From: Gemmatimonadales bacterium
GTDB taxonomy: Bacteria > Gemmatimonadota > Gemmatimonadetes > Gemmatimonadales > GWC2-71-9
Length of the DNA: 64,000 nucleotides
Assembly (NCBI GenBank): GCA_965249575.1
Contig: OZ252244.1
Span: 64,001-128,000 of the forward strand
Direction: 5' to 3'
The number at the start of each line of letters is the position of its first letter. Position 1 is the stretch's first letter. The notes under the pieces are model-generated. The model saw only the letters and a program-made list of their open reading frames with translations. It searched no databases and was not told the DNA's origin. Shown here in pieces: positions 30,563 to 41,003 of this stretch. The position numbers were made by a program, and so were the translations under genes.

Positions 30563-31902
30563 TTACGAGTGCTCCGTTCGGTGGCTCCGCAGATCCACCG
30601 CCGTCTTGAGCGCAATCAGCAACACCAGCGCGCCTACCGGCTGTCCGAGCAACATGATGATCCACCCACCGAAGATGATCGTCACGTGCATCACCATCAC
30701 GCGCTTGTAGGGCTCGGCCATCTGATGGTTCACGGTTCGGCCGACGTACTCCCTGCGTTTTAGGAAGTTGGTGTAGAACGAGACGCCGTGGCTGGTGAAG
30801 AGCCCGACCAACGCGGGCCAGAGCGGAAGAAACAGGTCGCCCAGGGCTTCCACGACGCCGGGCTCGGGACCGGTGGCCCCGATTCCTAGCACGAACAGGT
30901 AGTAGACGAACATGAAATGCCCTACCATGAACGCACCGTAGTGGGCCACGAAGAATGTCCCCGCGAAGACCACCATCCATCTAGCCACGACAGCCAGCCT
31001 GAGCAGCGTGTAGAACCCAATCACCGCGTTTTCGGCCCAAAAGAGGACCATGATCTCACCCAGGTCCCAGTCGAACAGGGCGATTCCGGCGAGTGGGAAA
31101 GCGTTGGCCGCGAGCAACGCCACGGAGGACGGAGCGGTGAGCACTGGGCGCGCCAAGGTACCGCCGCCAGACTCGGCGGGCTTGGCTGGCTGCGATGGCA
31201 CCACGTTCCGCAGGCGAGGCGTCGACCGGCGCCTGAGAAACCTCGTGATGTCGATGCCAGAGGATTCCTCTGCGGCACGCGGCAGAATCTTCGATCGTTC
31301 GATCGCCTGCGCTATCAACACGATGCGGGACTCGGCCTCGGCGAGCGGCATATCGTTCCCCAACCCGGTATCGCCCTCGCCGTAGCCGAACCGGATCCTC
31401 ACTCTGCCCGGCTCCTTGGCGTCCACCGTCCGGAGATTCCGGATTTTCCGGAGCTCGTATTCGGCGATCACCTTGATCGGGCCGAGCTGCGGGATGTAGA
31501 TAAGGCGGTCGGCGCTGAGCCGGGCCGACTCCCGATAGGTCAGCAGGAGTATCGTAATCACGAACAAAAACCCCACTCCAACCGACCAGCCCAACACCCA
31601 GAACGTGGTGAACAACGCCGTCACGAGATCGAAAACCGTCGCAACCGCGCGGAAATCGATCGACGCAACCTGTTGCACCGCGATACCGGCAAAGATCAGG
31701 AACATCACCCCGAAGACGATCCCGCCCGGCCACATTCTGCGGGACGGGAGAGGAAGCGGCGTGGTGTCCCTCGTGTCATAGGAGAAGCCGAGGCGAAGAC
31801 GATCCCGCCCGGCCACACTCTGCGGGACGGGAGAGGAAGCGGCGTGGTGTCCCTCGTGTCATAGGAGAAGCCGAGGCGCACCTGTTCTGGCAGAGCTTTC
31901 AT
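30563..31902 (-). pseudogene. DUF6498-containing membrane protein with 5' end frameshifted by an 83-bp duplication
   Basis: LLAANAFPLAG..WDLG...FWAENAVIG, FFVAHYGAF, PYKRVMVMH; original ATG 31902, rescued ORF 30563..31816. Confidence 0.75.
31711..31876. repeat. Tandem duplication, 2 x 83 bp with 1 mismatch
   Basis: cgaagacgatcccgcccggccaca...ggagaagccgagg at 31711 and 31794. Confidence 0.95.
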
Positions 31903-32286
31903 GCGTCGTCTTCCAGGAAGTCGTGCTCGAAGATAGGACGAAGAGTGTAGAGGTCCGAGCCACCAGCCGGGTATGGGGCATCGGCGGATCCGGAGGACTG
32001 CTTAACGACTACGTTTGGGCCGCGATTCGGGCACGGTCGCGCGTTTAGTGCAAAGGCAGCAGATTGGTCCTGCATCGTAATGACAGCAAGCAACGTTGAC
32101 ACATGCCAGATCGAGGATACCCGTATTGATGGAAGCGGTTCCCGACTCACCCGTCGTGCTTGCCCGTCCCGTCTTACTCTTTTCCGGCGGCTGACCGCGG
32201 GACCCGCTTCGTGGCATCCCTGCCGCCAAAGTAGTCGGTACGGGTCCTTCAATAAGGCGACCCGCTCCGACCTCGGAGTGTGACCC

Positions 32287-32658
32287 ATGATCCGCGGCGT
32301 CCACACGATGTTCTACTCGACAGAGCCTGAGGCGCTGCGCGCGTTCCTCCGGGACAAGCTGCGCTTTCCCCACACGGACGTTGGCGGCGGATGGCTCATC
32401 TTCGACCTCCCCGAAGCCGACATGGGATGTCATCCCGTCGATACCGCTGACGCGTCGCGTTCGGGAACCCACTCGATCTCCTTTTACTGCGACGATATCA
32501 AGCAGACGGTTGCCGAGCTGGTGGTGCGCGGCGTCGAGTTTACGGACGGTATCACGGACGCTGGCTACGGGCTCCGAACACACTTCGAGATGCCCGGCCA
32601 TGTGAAGGTTGAGCTCTACCAACCGAGTTACAGGAAGACCGCGAAGGGCAGCCGCTAG
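32287..32658 (+). CDS. VOC family protein
   Basis: DVGGGWLIF, FYCDDI, ELYQP. Confidence 0.85.
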   Translation: MIRGVHTMFYSTEPEALRAFLRDKLRFPHTDVGGGWLIFDLPEADMGCHPVDTADASRSGTHSISFYCDDIKQTVAELVVRGVEFTDGITDAGYGLRTHFEMPGHVKVELYQPSYRKTAKGSR

Positions 32659-32663
32659 CTCAC

Positions 32664-33665
32664 ATGAAACCACTCGAGGGAAGAGTCTGCATCGTGGCAG
32701 GAGCCACGCGCGGAGCCGGGCGTGGGATCTCGTGTATGCTGGGCGAGGCCGGCGCAACCGTCTACTGCACCGGCCGCAGCGTGCGAGGCCAGCCCGCCAC
32801 CAAGAATCGCCCGGAGACGATCGAAGAGACCGCTGAGATGGTGACACGCCACGGCGGGGCCGGCATCGCTGTGCAGGTCGATCACACGATCGAGAGCCAA
32901 GTCGAAGGTCTCGTCGCGCGTGTTCGCGACGAACAGGGTCGTTTGGACGTGCTCGTCAACGACGTGTGGGGTGGGGACGAGCTCACCGAGTGGGGCAAGT
33001 CCTTCTGGCAGCTCGCCACCGACAAGGGTCTCGAGATGCTGGAGCGAGCAATCCACACTCACATCATCACGAGCCGTCATGCGGTGCCGCTCATGGTCGA
33101 TCGGAACGCTGGGCTGATCGTGGAGATCACCGACGGCGACTTCCAGGGATACCGTGGGAACCTCTTTTACGATTTGGCGAAGATCTCAGTGATCCGTCTG
33201 GCCTACATGATGTCGGCCGACCTCCACGATACGAGGGTCACCGCCCTGGCCGTCACCCCGGGTTTCCTCCGCTCCGAAGCCATGCTCGATCACTTCGGCG
33301 TGACCGAATCGAACTGGCAGGACGGGATCAAGAAGGACCAACACTTCGCCGAATCTGAGACTCCGTACTTCGTCGGTCGCGCCGTCGCGGCCCTGGCGGC
33401 TGATCCCAACGTGGCATCCAAGGCCGGCCGCGTGTTTGCTTCCTGGACGCTCGCGAGGGAGTACGGCTTCTCGGACCTTGACGGGCGCCGACCCGATTGG
33501 GGCAGCTACTTCGACCGTACGATGGCGTCCCTACTCGAGCGCGGCACCGCAACCGACGCTAGCGAGCGTCTGCTACTCAGGCTCCGGTGGTATCAGGTCT
33601 ATCTGGATCCCGACCGAGTGGACGAGGCGCGGCGTATCGAGCAGATCCTGTCCCAAGACGAGTGA
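32664..33665 (+). CDS. SDR family oxidoreductase
   Basis: AGATRGAGRG, LVND, YDLAK (YxxxK), PGFLRSE. Confidence 0.9.
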   Translation: MKPLEGRVCIVAGATRGAGRGISCMLGEAGATVYCTGRSVRGQPATKNRPETIEETAEMVTRHGGAGIAVQVDHTIESQVEGLVARVRDEQGRLDVLVNDVWGGDELTEWGKSFWQLATDKGLEMLERAIHTHIITSRHAVPLMVDRNAGLIVEITDGDFQGYRGNLFYDLAKISVIRLAYMMSADLHDTRVTALAVTPGFLRSEAMLDHFGVTESNWQDGIKKDQHFAESETPYFVGRAVAALAADPNVASKAGRVFASWTLAREYGFSDLDGRRPDWGSYFDRTMASLLERGTATDASERLLLRLRWYQVYLDPDRVDEARRIEQILSQDE

Positions 33666-33705
33666 GGGATGCCGATGCTATTCCCTGGCATAGATCGGGA
33701 GCTCC

Positions 33706-33959
33706 GTGCCGGCTGAGTCGAAGCCGTCGCGGGACGCGGTGTTGACGTTGCTCGATCGCTCCTTTCCGTTGCCAGACCGTGCAGCCGTGCTCGAGCTGCT
33801 CGACCTGTACGGGGCAGAGCAATACGAGCGGGAACGAGAGCGCGTGCAGCTCGCGATTCTAAAGTTGAGCCGGGGAATATCGACAAGCTCCTGGATTTCG
33901 TCGACCTTGCCAAGCGCGACTACCGGGACGTTCTCTATGCGGCGGAATACAAGAAATGA
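33706..33959 (+). pseudogene. Small hypothetical protein, frameshift in a G-run near 33875
   Basis: ERERVQLAILKLS continues as GNIDKL..AKRDYRDVL..AEY if one G is restored. Confidence 0.65.
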
Positions 33960-34338
33960 GACGCGCCCACCTGGTGGTCGGATTCGTCTTTCTGGGGATC
34001 TTCGCGCTGACCGGCCTCTACATGGGCCATACCTTCCCCGATGCGTACCGAGGCAACCTCCAAACACGCGCGTACTTTCACGCGACACACATCTACATTC
34101 TCCTCTCGGCGCTGTTGAACGGGCTGCTCGGCCTCTACTTTCACACCGCGAGGTGCTCTGCTGCAAAACGCTGGGTCCGCCTTACTCATGACAGTACCTG
34201 CCTTCTTCACGATCGGATTCTTCCTCGTCCAGGCTCCCGGCCGCCAGGACGTGCCGCTCGTCATGGGAGGGCTCGTCCCTGGCGATCGTGGGCGCGCTAC
34301 TTCACCTGATCGGGTACAGCCTCCGAGGCCAGGCGTAG
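33956..34338 (+). pseudogene. Membrane protein with two frameshifts
   Basis: HLVVG..FALTGLYM..HIYILLSALLN..LG; hydrophobic continuation in other frames. Confidence 0.55.
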
Positions 34339-34489
34339 CCGAATCCCGCCGGCTGCGAGCAACGGTCCGGCCCTACGAGGCACGACCACTCCCCGGGTCC
34401 GGTTCCCTTCTCTACCGGGATTCGCCGCGATAGCTTCTTGAGGCAAGTTTTGCGGTCGCCCGGTTAACCCACCTTTCGAGGATTATCGA

Positions 34490-35809
34490 ATGGCAACACT
34501 CCGCGGACGGTTCGTGTGGCACGACCTCATGACGACGGACACTCAGGACGCCACGAGATTCTACCCGCAAATCACCGGGTGGAGCCTGATGCCCGATGAT
34601 CCGAGCTACCAGATGTGGGCATACGAAGGGAAGCCGCTGGGCGGTCTCATGGACCTCCCCGACGAGGCGAAGAGCATGGGTGCCAAGCCGAATTGGCTGC
34701 CTTACGTCGGCACCCCGAGCGCCGAGGCCACGGTCAGTCAGGCAACGGCGCTGGGCGGCAACGTGTTGAAGGACGTGACGAGCATTCCTACGGTCGGACG
34801 TTTCGCCGTGCTCGCCGATCCGCAGGGCGCCGTGTTCGCGATCTTTATGCCGGATGACGAGCAACCGGGAACCGACGACCCGCCGGGGCTCGGGGCCTTC
34901 TCCTGGCACGAGTTGGCCACCACGGACCTCGATGCCGCCTTCCGGTTCTACCAGGCGCTGTTCGGTTGGCAGAAAACCGAATCGATGGACATGGGCCCTG
35001 GTGGTACCTATTTGATGTATGGGTGGCCAGGGACGACCCTGGGAGGCATATACAACAAGCCACCGGAGATGCCGGCCCCGCCCCACTGGCTCTGCTACGT
35101 GACCGTCCCGAGTGCCGATCGCGGGGCCGAGCAGGTTCGCGCCCTCGGCGGAACGGTGGCCGTTGGCCCCATGGAGGTGCCGGGCGGCGATCGGATCGCA
35201 CAATGCCTCGATCCTCAAGGCGCCGCGTTCGCCCTGCATTCAACGGCCGCCGCACAAGCGGTCCCGACCGCACCTGAACCCGCAAAGGCGTCCACCGGCC
35301 GTGAAGCGGTCAAGAAAGAGCTTCGGACGCGGGTTGCGAAGAAGACCGTCACGCGAGCCGCCCGCAAGGCGACCACAAAGACAAAGGCAGTCCGCAAGTC
35401 TGCCCGCGGAAAGAAAGCGGTCCGAAGTAGCGCCAAGAAGACCGCCCGCAAAGTCGTAAGGAAGGCCCGCACCGCGGGCAAATCCGCTCGCCAAAAGGCC
35501 ACGACGACCGCGAAGAAGGCAATCCGCAAAGCGGCGAAGAAGACGCGCACCGCGGGCAAGTCGGTTCGCCGAAAGGCCACCAAGACCGCGAAGAAGACCA
35601 AGGCCACCGCTAAGAAGGTGGCCAGCAGGACTGCCCGGAAGGCCTCAAAGCGACTGAAGAGCGCGAAGAAGGCCGCTGGGCGTACCGCGCGGAAGGCCAC
35701 TAAGCGCGCGAAGAGAGCTCTTCGCCGGACAGCCCAAAAGGCCGGCAAGCGGGTCCGAGCCCTGGGCAAAGCCGCCAAGAAGACGGCCAAACGCAGGCTC
35801 CGACGGTAG
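34490..35809 (+). CDS. Two-domain VOC protein (CFP32-like) with a histone H1-like K/R/A/T-rich C-terminal tail
   Basis: GRFVWHDL..DPQGA and FSWHELAT..DPQGA, followed by an ~185 aa basic tail. Confidence 0.88.
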   Translation: MATLRGRFVWHDLMTTDTQDATRFYPQITGWSLMPDDPSYQMWAYEGKPLGGLMDLPDEAKSMGAKPNWLPYVGTPSAEATVSQATALGGNVLKDVTSIPTVGRFAVLADPQGAVFAIFMPDDEQPGTDDPPGLGAFSWHELATTDLDAAFRFYQALFGWQKTESMDMGPGGTYLMYGWPGTTLGGIYNKPPEMPAPPHWLCYVTVPSADRGAEQVRALGGTVAVGPMEVPGGDRIAQCLDPQGAAFALHSTAAAQAVPTAPEPAKASTGREAVKKELRTRVAKKTVTRAARKATTKTKAVRKSARGKKAVRSSAKKTARKVVRKARTAGKSARQKATTTAKKAIRKAAKKTRTAGKSVRRKATKTAKKTKATAKKVASRTARKASKRLKSAKKAAGRTARKATKRAKRALRRTAQKAGKRVRALGKAAKKTAKRRLRR

Positions 35810-35893
35810 GCCCGGGGCGAATTCCGTGCGCCCCGCCGGCCTCTCCCGATCGGCATGTCCGATGCGGCGGAGTTCGGCGGCCAGGAGACACAT

Positions 35894-36256
35894 GTGCCCA
35901 AGCTGATCGACGCACCCACCATCATCGAAGCCGCCGGAAACAAACCCAAGCGGATCGAGGAATACGTGGGCCGGGTCAACACAGGTCACGACGCCGTCAG
36001 CGTGGCCCGCATGGTCTCACCAGAGGGGTGGCAGGAGCCGGGCCAGAAGCCGGACTTCCTCGAGATAGCGGTCGTCACTCGGGGTTTCCTCCGAGTCGAG
36101 CACGATTCTGGTATGATTGACGTCCGCGAAGGTCAGGCCGTCCTGACCCGGCCCGGTGAGTGGATCCGCTACTGTACACCGGGGCCCGGAGGCGCCGAGT
36201 ATGTCGCGGTCTGTCTTCCGGCCTTCTCGACTGAATCAGTGCACCGGGACGTTTGA
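35894..36256 (+). CDS. Cupin (EutQ-like)
   Basis: AGNKPKRIEEYVGRVN, WQEPGQ.PDF, CLPAFS. Confidence 0.85.
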   Translation: MPKLIDAPTIIEAAGNKPKRIEEYVGRVNTGHDAVSVARMVSPEGWQEPGQKPDFLEIAVVTRGFLRVEHDSGMIDVREGQAVLTRPGEWIRYCTPGPGGAEYVAVCLPAFSTESVHRDV

Positions 36257-36301
36257 CGCCGCGGTGTCTCGCCGTGCCCTGACCCCTACCCAAGCCGACC
36301 C

Positions 36302-36952
36302 GTGAGGACTGAGCTGTGGATTCTGCTCGCGCTCGGGAGCGCCCTCCTGATCGCGTCGGGCGTACAACCTCACGATCGCCTCACGTGGGTGCTCGAGGTC
36401 GCCCCCATTCTCGTTGGTGTCCCAATCCTTGTCCTGACCGGCCGGCGGTTCCCGCTGACACCGCTCGTATACCGGCTCATCTTCGTCCATGCGCTAATCT
36501 TGATGCTCGGAGGGCATTACACCTATGCCCGCGTTCCGCTCGGTTTTTGGGTCCAAGACATCTTCGACCTGGGCCGGAACCACTACGATCGGCTCGGCCA
36601 TTTGGCTCAGGGATTCATACCGGCGATTCTGGTGCGCGAGCTTCTCCTCCGCCGTTCGCCACTCGTTCCCGGGAAATGGCTGTTCGTCCTCGTCACCGCA
36701 GTGTGTCTCGCCTTCAGCGCCTGCTACGAGTTCCTGGAGTGGTGGTCGGCGCTCCTCGGCGGCGAGTCAGCCGATGCCTTTCTCGGGACACAGGGGGACA
36801 TTTGGGACACGCAATGGGACATGTTTCTCGCGCTCCTCGGTGCGATGAGCGCGCAATTGCTTCTTGCGCGCCGCCACGATCGCGAACTCGCGCGCCTCGC
36901 CGCACCAGGTTGGGTCGAGTCCCAAGAGCCCTCGGTGCAGGACCGCCATTGA
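36302..36952 (+). CDS. DUF2238 (YjdF-like) membrane protein
   Basis: GGHYTYARVP, RNHYDRLGH, FLGTQGD.WDTQWDM. Confidence 0.9.
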   Translation: MRTELWILLALGSALLIASGVQPHDRLTWVLEVAPILVGVPILVLTGRRFPLTPLVYRLIFVHALILMLGGHYTYARVPLGFWVQDIFDLGRNHYDRLGHLAQGFIPAILVRELLLRRSPLVPGKWLFVLVTAVCLAFSACYEFLEWWSALLGGESADAFLGTQGDIWDTQWDMFLALLGAMSAQLLLARRHDRELARLAAPGWVESQEPSVQDRH

Positions 36953-37010
36953 CCTTGGGGATCAGCTTGGCAGCCCATCACAACCTGTACCGTCTCGAGA
37001 GGAACGGCTC

Positions 37011-37757
37011 ATGACTTTGAGCAAGCGTCAGCAAGACCTCTGCGACTCCAGCAAATGGGATTTCTCCGATTTGAAGGCGCTCTTTCTGAACTGCACCCTC
37101 AAGCGCTCACCGGAGCCGTCGCATACGGAGGGCCTCATTCAGATCTCGAGAGCAATTATGGAAACGAACGGCGTGACGGTCGATTCCCTCAGGCCGGTCG
37201 ACCACGACATCGCATACGGCGTTTATCCCGACATGAGGGACCACGGTTGGGAGCGGGACGACTGGCCGGAGATCTATGAGAAGGTGAAGGAAGCCGACAT
37301 CTTGGTGCTCACGTCCCCGATATGGCTCGGTGAGAAATCCTCCGTATGCACGAAGGTTATCGAGCGACTCTACGCCAACTCGCACGTCCTGAACGAGCAC
37401 GGCCAATACGCGTACTATGGCCGAGTTGGCGGATGTCTGATCACGGGAAACGAAGACGGTGCCAAGCACTGCGCCATGAACATTCTCTACTCCTTGCAAC
37501 ACCTGGGATACACGGTGCCTCCACAGGCTGACGCCGCGTGGTTAGGGGAAGCAGGTCCCGGCCCGTCCTATCTCGACCCTGGGTCCGGTGGTCCCGAGAA
37601 CGACTTCACCAATCGCAACACGACGTTTATGACGTGGAACCTCTTGCACCTGTTGCGGATGATCAAAGACGCAGGTGGGATCCCCGCTCACGGAAACCAG
37701 CGCTCGGAGTGGGAGGCCGGTTGCCGGTTCGATCACCCGAATCCGCTCTATCGCTGA
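37011..37757 (+). CDS. Flavodoxin family / NADPH-dependent FMN reductase
   Basis: NCTLK.SP..SHT, PIWLG, TGNEDG. Confidence 0.88.
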   Translation: MTLSKRQQDLCDSSKWDFSDLKALFLNCTLKRSPEPSHTEGLIQISRAIMETNGVTVDSLRPVDHDIAYGVYPDMRDHGWERDDWPEIYEKVKEADILVLTSPIWLGEKSSVCTKVIERLYANSHVLNEHGQYAYYGRVGGCLITGNEDGAKHCAMNILYSLQHLGYTVPPQADAAWLGEAGPGPSYLDPGSGGPENDFTNRNTTFMTWNLLHLLRMIKDAGGIPAHGNQRSEWEAGCRFDHPNPLYR

Positions 37758-37788
37758 CGCCAACAACAAGCCCCGGCGAGATCAGACA

Positions 37789-38202
37789 ATGGGTAATGCA
37801 ACTTTTCCTACCGATGGCGTGGAGCTGACCCATCTCATGGTCGTCGGCGACATTGCCAGGGCACGCGACTTTTATCGAGATGTCCTCGGCGCCGAGATCT
37901 ATCGAGAGTACGGAGGGACCTCTTGTGTCCTGCGGTTCCAGGGCACTTGGCTCCTGCTGGTGACGGGCGGCGAGCCCACCAGGGACAAGCCCGGCGTGAC
38001 CTTCGCCCCGCCGTCCGACCCAAACCGCGTGAGCCATCAGTTGACTTTGCGCGTACCGGATTGCCGCGGGGCCTACGCCGTGCTTCAGTCGCGGGGAGCG
38101 GAGTTCCTGACGCCACCCAACGATCGTGGGGGCGAGATACGGTGCTTCTTCCGCGATCCGGACGGCCACTTGCTCGAGATCAGCGAGGTCGTCGAGTCGT
38201 AG
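37789..38202 (+). CDS. VOC family protein
   Basis: FYRDVLG, EIRCFFRDPDGHLLEIS. Confidence 0.88.
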   Translation: MGNATFPTDGVELTHLMVVGDIARARDFYRDVLGAEIYREYGGTSCVLRFQGTWLLLVTGGEPTRDKPGVTFAPPSDPNRVSHQLTLRVPDCRGAYAVLQSRGAEFLTPPNDRGGEIRCFFRDPDGHLLEISEVVES

Positions 38203-38409
38203 CGGAACAGAGGCTGGGGATTGACGAAACGCGGCCTACCCGTTGACCGAAAAGCTGCTGTCCGGATTGATCTCCCGGAGCCGCGAGTAGAACCCGACAT
38301 TCAGCCCGAGTTTCTTGTAACGCGTGGTGACACGAACTGGACAGCAAGGCCGCAACGCTCGAAAACTTGCTGGAGCGCCTGACGTAGTACTGGATTGGGG
38401 ATCGAACAA

Positions 38410-39579
38410 ATGAACGACGCTCGTGCCTTGGACGGACTTCGCGTTTTGGATCTCGCCCAGTACGTGCCGGGCGCCTTCGCTGCGGCGCTGCTCGCGGATA
38501 TGGGGGCGGACGTCATACGGATCGACCGTGCCCCGCTCGCTCCGGCGCCCGAGCCTGAGCAGCTGAACGACGGAACGAGGCAGGGAAAGCGATCGCTCGC
38601 CATCGATCTCAAGAACCCGGCGGCGCTCGAGGTGGCAATGCGCCTGGTGGAGCGGGCAGACGTGTTGATCGAAGGCTTCCGGCCCGGCGTGATGGAACGG
38701 CTCAGTTTGGGACCTGACGTGGCCCTCGCCCGCAATCCGCGACTCGTCTATGCGAGGCTCACGGGTTGGGGACAGACGGGGCCGCTCGCGGACCGCGCTG
38801 GCCATGACATCAACTACCTCGCGATCTCCGGGGCGCTCGGCGCCACCGGTCGGGCGGAAGAACGGCCTACGCCGGCGATCCCGCCGCTTGCCGACTTCGC
38901 CGGGGGAAGCCTCATGTGTGCCTTCGGAATCGTCTGCGCGCTGCAATGGCGGGAGCGAACGGGACAGGGGCAGGTCATCGATGCCGCCATGGTCGATAGC
39001 GTCGTGAACATGATGGGACCGTTCTTCGCCGCCGCCGCGGCGGGTACCTGGGGACCCAGGGGCACGAATCTACTGGACGGGGGCACGCCGTTCTACGAGG
39101 TCTACGAGACGTCGGACCATCGGCATGTGAGCGTCGGGGCTATCGAGCCGAAGTTCTACGGGGAGTTGATCGCTGGCCTGGGCCTCACCGACGAGGATCT
39201 ACCCGCTCAGATGGACAGTGCGCACTGGCCGGACTTGAAGCGCCGTTTTACTGGAGTGTTCCGATCCAAGACGCTGGCTGAGTGGAGGGCTGTCTTCGAT
39301 CACCTGGACGCCTGCGTGTTTCCGGTCCTCGCGCTCGAAGACGTGGCATCACATCCCCACCACGCGGCTCGGGCGTCGTTCGAGCGAGGTCCGGGAGGTG
39401 TCGTGCGCCCAGTGGCGACGCCGCGCCTCTCGCGCTCACCAGCATCGAGTCGCGGAACCACCGGACTGCCGGGCGAGCACACGTTGGCCATACTGGCCGA
39501 AATCGGACTGGACGCCCCGGCGGTCCAGAAGCTGCTAGCCGAGGGAGTCGTAACTTCGAGCGCAGACGCTCCGGTGTGA
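38410..39579 (+). CDS. CaiB/BaiF CoA-transferase family, alpha-methylacyl-CoA racemase-like
   Basis: EGFRPGVMERL, AGHDINY, DFAGG, NLLDGG. Confidence 0.9.
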   Translation: MNDARALDGLRVLDLAQYVPGAFAAALLADMGADVIRIDRAPLAPAPEPEQLNDGTRQGKRSLAIDLKNPAALEVAMRLVERADVLIEGFRPGVMERLSLGPDVALARNPRLVYARLTGWGQTGPLADRAGHDINYLAISGALGATGRAEERPTPAIPPLADFAGGSLMCAFGIVCALQWRERTGQGQVIDAAMVDSVVNMMGPFFAAAAAGTWGPRGTNLLDGGTPFYEVYETSDHRHVSVGAIEPKFYGELIAGLGLTDEDLPAQMDSAHWPDLKRRFTGVFRSKTLAEWRAVFDHLDACVFPVLALEDVASHPHHAARASFERGPGGVVRPVATPRLSRSPASSRGTTGLPGEHTLAILAEIGLDAPAVQKLLAEGVVTSSADAPV

Positions 39580-39596
39580 GCACTCGACCCGGCGCC

Positions 39597-40106
39597 TTAC
39601 ATCCCCCGCTCGTCGGCCGTCGGTCCATACATGGCGGGCACGGGCACGTCGCAGAGCCGGTAGTACACGCCGAGCTGTGCCCGGTGATGAATGAGATGGT
39701 TCATCACAAAACTCCGTAGCACGGCGATCCGTGGCATCGTGAAGATCTCCTTCCCTCCCGCCAGCAAGGACCACGGACCCAACAAGGTCTCGTCGCTCGC
39801 GCCGGCGATCGCCTTGCGCGCCTCCGCCACGCTGGCGTCGAATCGATCGAGCAACTCTGCCGGCGTCTTGGCCTCCTCCGCGCGTGGCGGTTCCCCGCCG
39901 ACAGGGGTCATGTCAAAGGAGTCATTATCGATCGTGGATCCCGCCCACGTCGGAAGATTGGCGATGTGAGTAGCCAGTCCCCCAAGCGCCCACGACTTTT
40001 CGTGCGGCTTCCAATTGAATCGATCGGCGGGCGCGCGCTCCAGCACACGCCGCGTAGTAGCCATCTCATGGTCGAATTCGGGAAGTAACGAGCTATTCAG
40101 CCCCAT
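39597..40106 (-). CDS. DinB family protein
   Basis: EFDHEMATTRRVLER, KPHEKS, NHLIHHRAQL; GGAGG RBS. Confidence 0.9.
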   Translation of the reverse strand: MGLNSSLLPEFDHEMATTRRVLERAPADRFNWKPHEKSWALGGLATHIANLPTWAGSTIDNDSFDMTPVGGEPPRAEEAKTPAELLDRFDASVAEARKAIAGASDETLLGPWSLLAGGKEIFTMPRIAVLRSFVMNHLIHHRAQLGVYYRLCDVPVPAMYGPTADERGM

Positions 40107-40663
40107 CGGTCCTCCTTTGCTCGCGGCGCGGTGATGGGCACGACAAACGTGGGTAACAGGCTGAGCGGTAGCCGTAGGAGTGGCGCGAGGGACTCGGGAT
40201 TCTCCATGCCCAGGCGGGTGGCGGTCGTAACCACGAAGAGAATGTCCGCTAGCCCCACGACGTTCCATACGACATAAGCGAGGCGCCACCGGCCGTGCGG
40301 CGGTCCTCTGGCGAGAAGGACAATGGCGAGCGCCGCCACCGCGATGTCTCCCCAGCCACCGAGAACGGCAAATGCGTACGGTAACTCGCCTCGACTGTAC
40401 AGAATCAGGAAGTAAAACCCGACGAATCGCGTAAGGTGAAAGGCGACGAGCACCCGGGCATCCACCGCCGCAATCCACGCCCGATACGGCGCCACGAGGC
40501 GCAGGAGGAGCAGGCCTCCGAAAGTCAGCGTAATCAGGATGAGCTGGGGCACGGGGGGCCGCAGGTCGCGAAGCAGCCCGGCGGCGCCCGTGCCGACCGC
40601 TATGAGCAGCCATGCGATTAGCGTGTTCTTTACAATGCGAGCGGTGTGGATCGGAGCTCCCAT
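40097..40663 (-). CDS. Membrane protein, C-terminus apparently truncated
   Basis: FHLTRFVG, GWGD, WNVVGLAD, LPTFVVP, then runs into the dinB RBS. Confidence 0.6.
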   Translation of the reverse strand: MGAPIHTARIVKNTLIAWLLIAVGTGAAGLLRDLRPPVPQLILITLTFGGLLLLRLVAPYRAWIAAVDARVLVAFHLTRFVGFYFLILYSRGELPYAFAVLGGWGDIAVAALAIVLLARGPPHGRWRLAYVVWNVVGLADILFVVTTATRLGMENPESLAPLLRLPLSLLPTFVVPITAPRAKEDRWG

Positions 40664-40700
40664 TGGGGTCTGAGGACCTGCCCCGCTGGCACCGAGAGGG

Positions 40701-41003
40701 TCATTCCGGCGACCGCCACCCGCGCAGCTCGTAGTATCGCCGCCACGGCGTTGCACGAATGGGGTGAATGCCGTTTCGCCGGCACCAAACGAAATGCACC
40801 GTTCCGCCCGCGGCAGCACCAACGGCCGGAAAAACGAGAGACCAGTGGCCAACCAAAGTGTACAGGACCATCGTTCCGATGATGAGGATGGACCATTTCA
40901 AGATCTTACGCCACGCCGGCGTCTCGATCTCGAATCGGGCGAAAATGCCCTGTCCAAGAACCGAGAGCGTCAACAGGACCAGAAGTTCGAGTTCGATACC
41001 CAT
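40701..41003 (-). CDS. Hypothetical membrane protein
   Basis: FARFE, HFVWCRRNGIHP..ATP..RYYELRGW. Confidence 0.7.
   Translation of the reverse strand: MGIELELLVLLTLSVLGQGIFARFEIETPAWRKILKWSILIIGTMVLYTLVGHWSLVFPAVGAAAGGTVHFVWCRRNGIHPIRATPWRRYYELRGWRSPE

Noticed and set aside
31711..31876. Direct repeat as a possible CRISPR
   Set aside because: Two abutting 83-bp copies of coding sequence, with no spacers and no cas genes
35809..35843. GGGGCG/CGCCCC hairpin after the VOC-H1 gene as a terminator
   Set aside because: No U-tract; cannot be supported
35215..35982. 255-aa hydrophobic ORF on the - strand
   Set aside because: Antisense shadow of the Lys/Ala-rich tail
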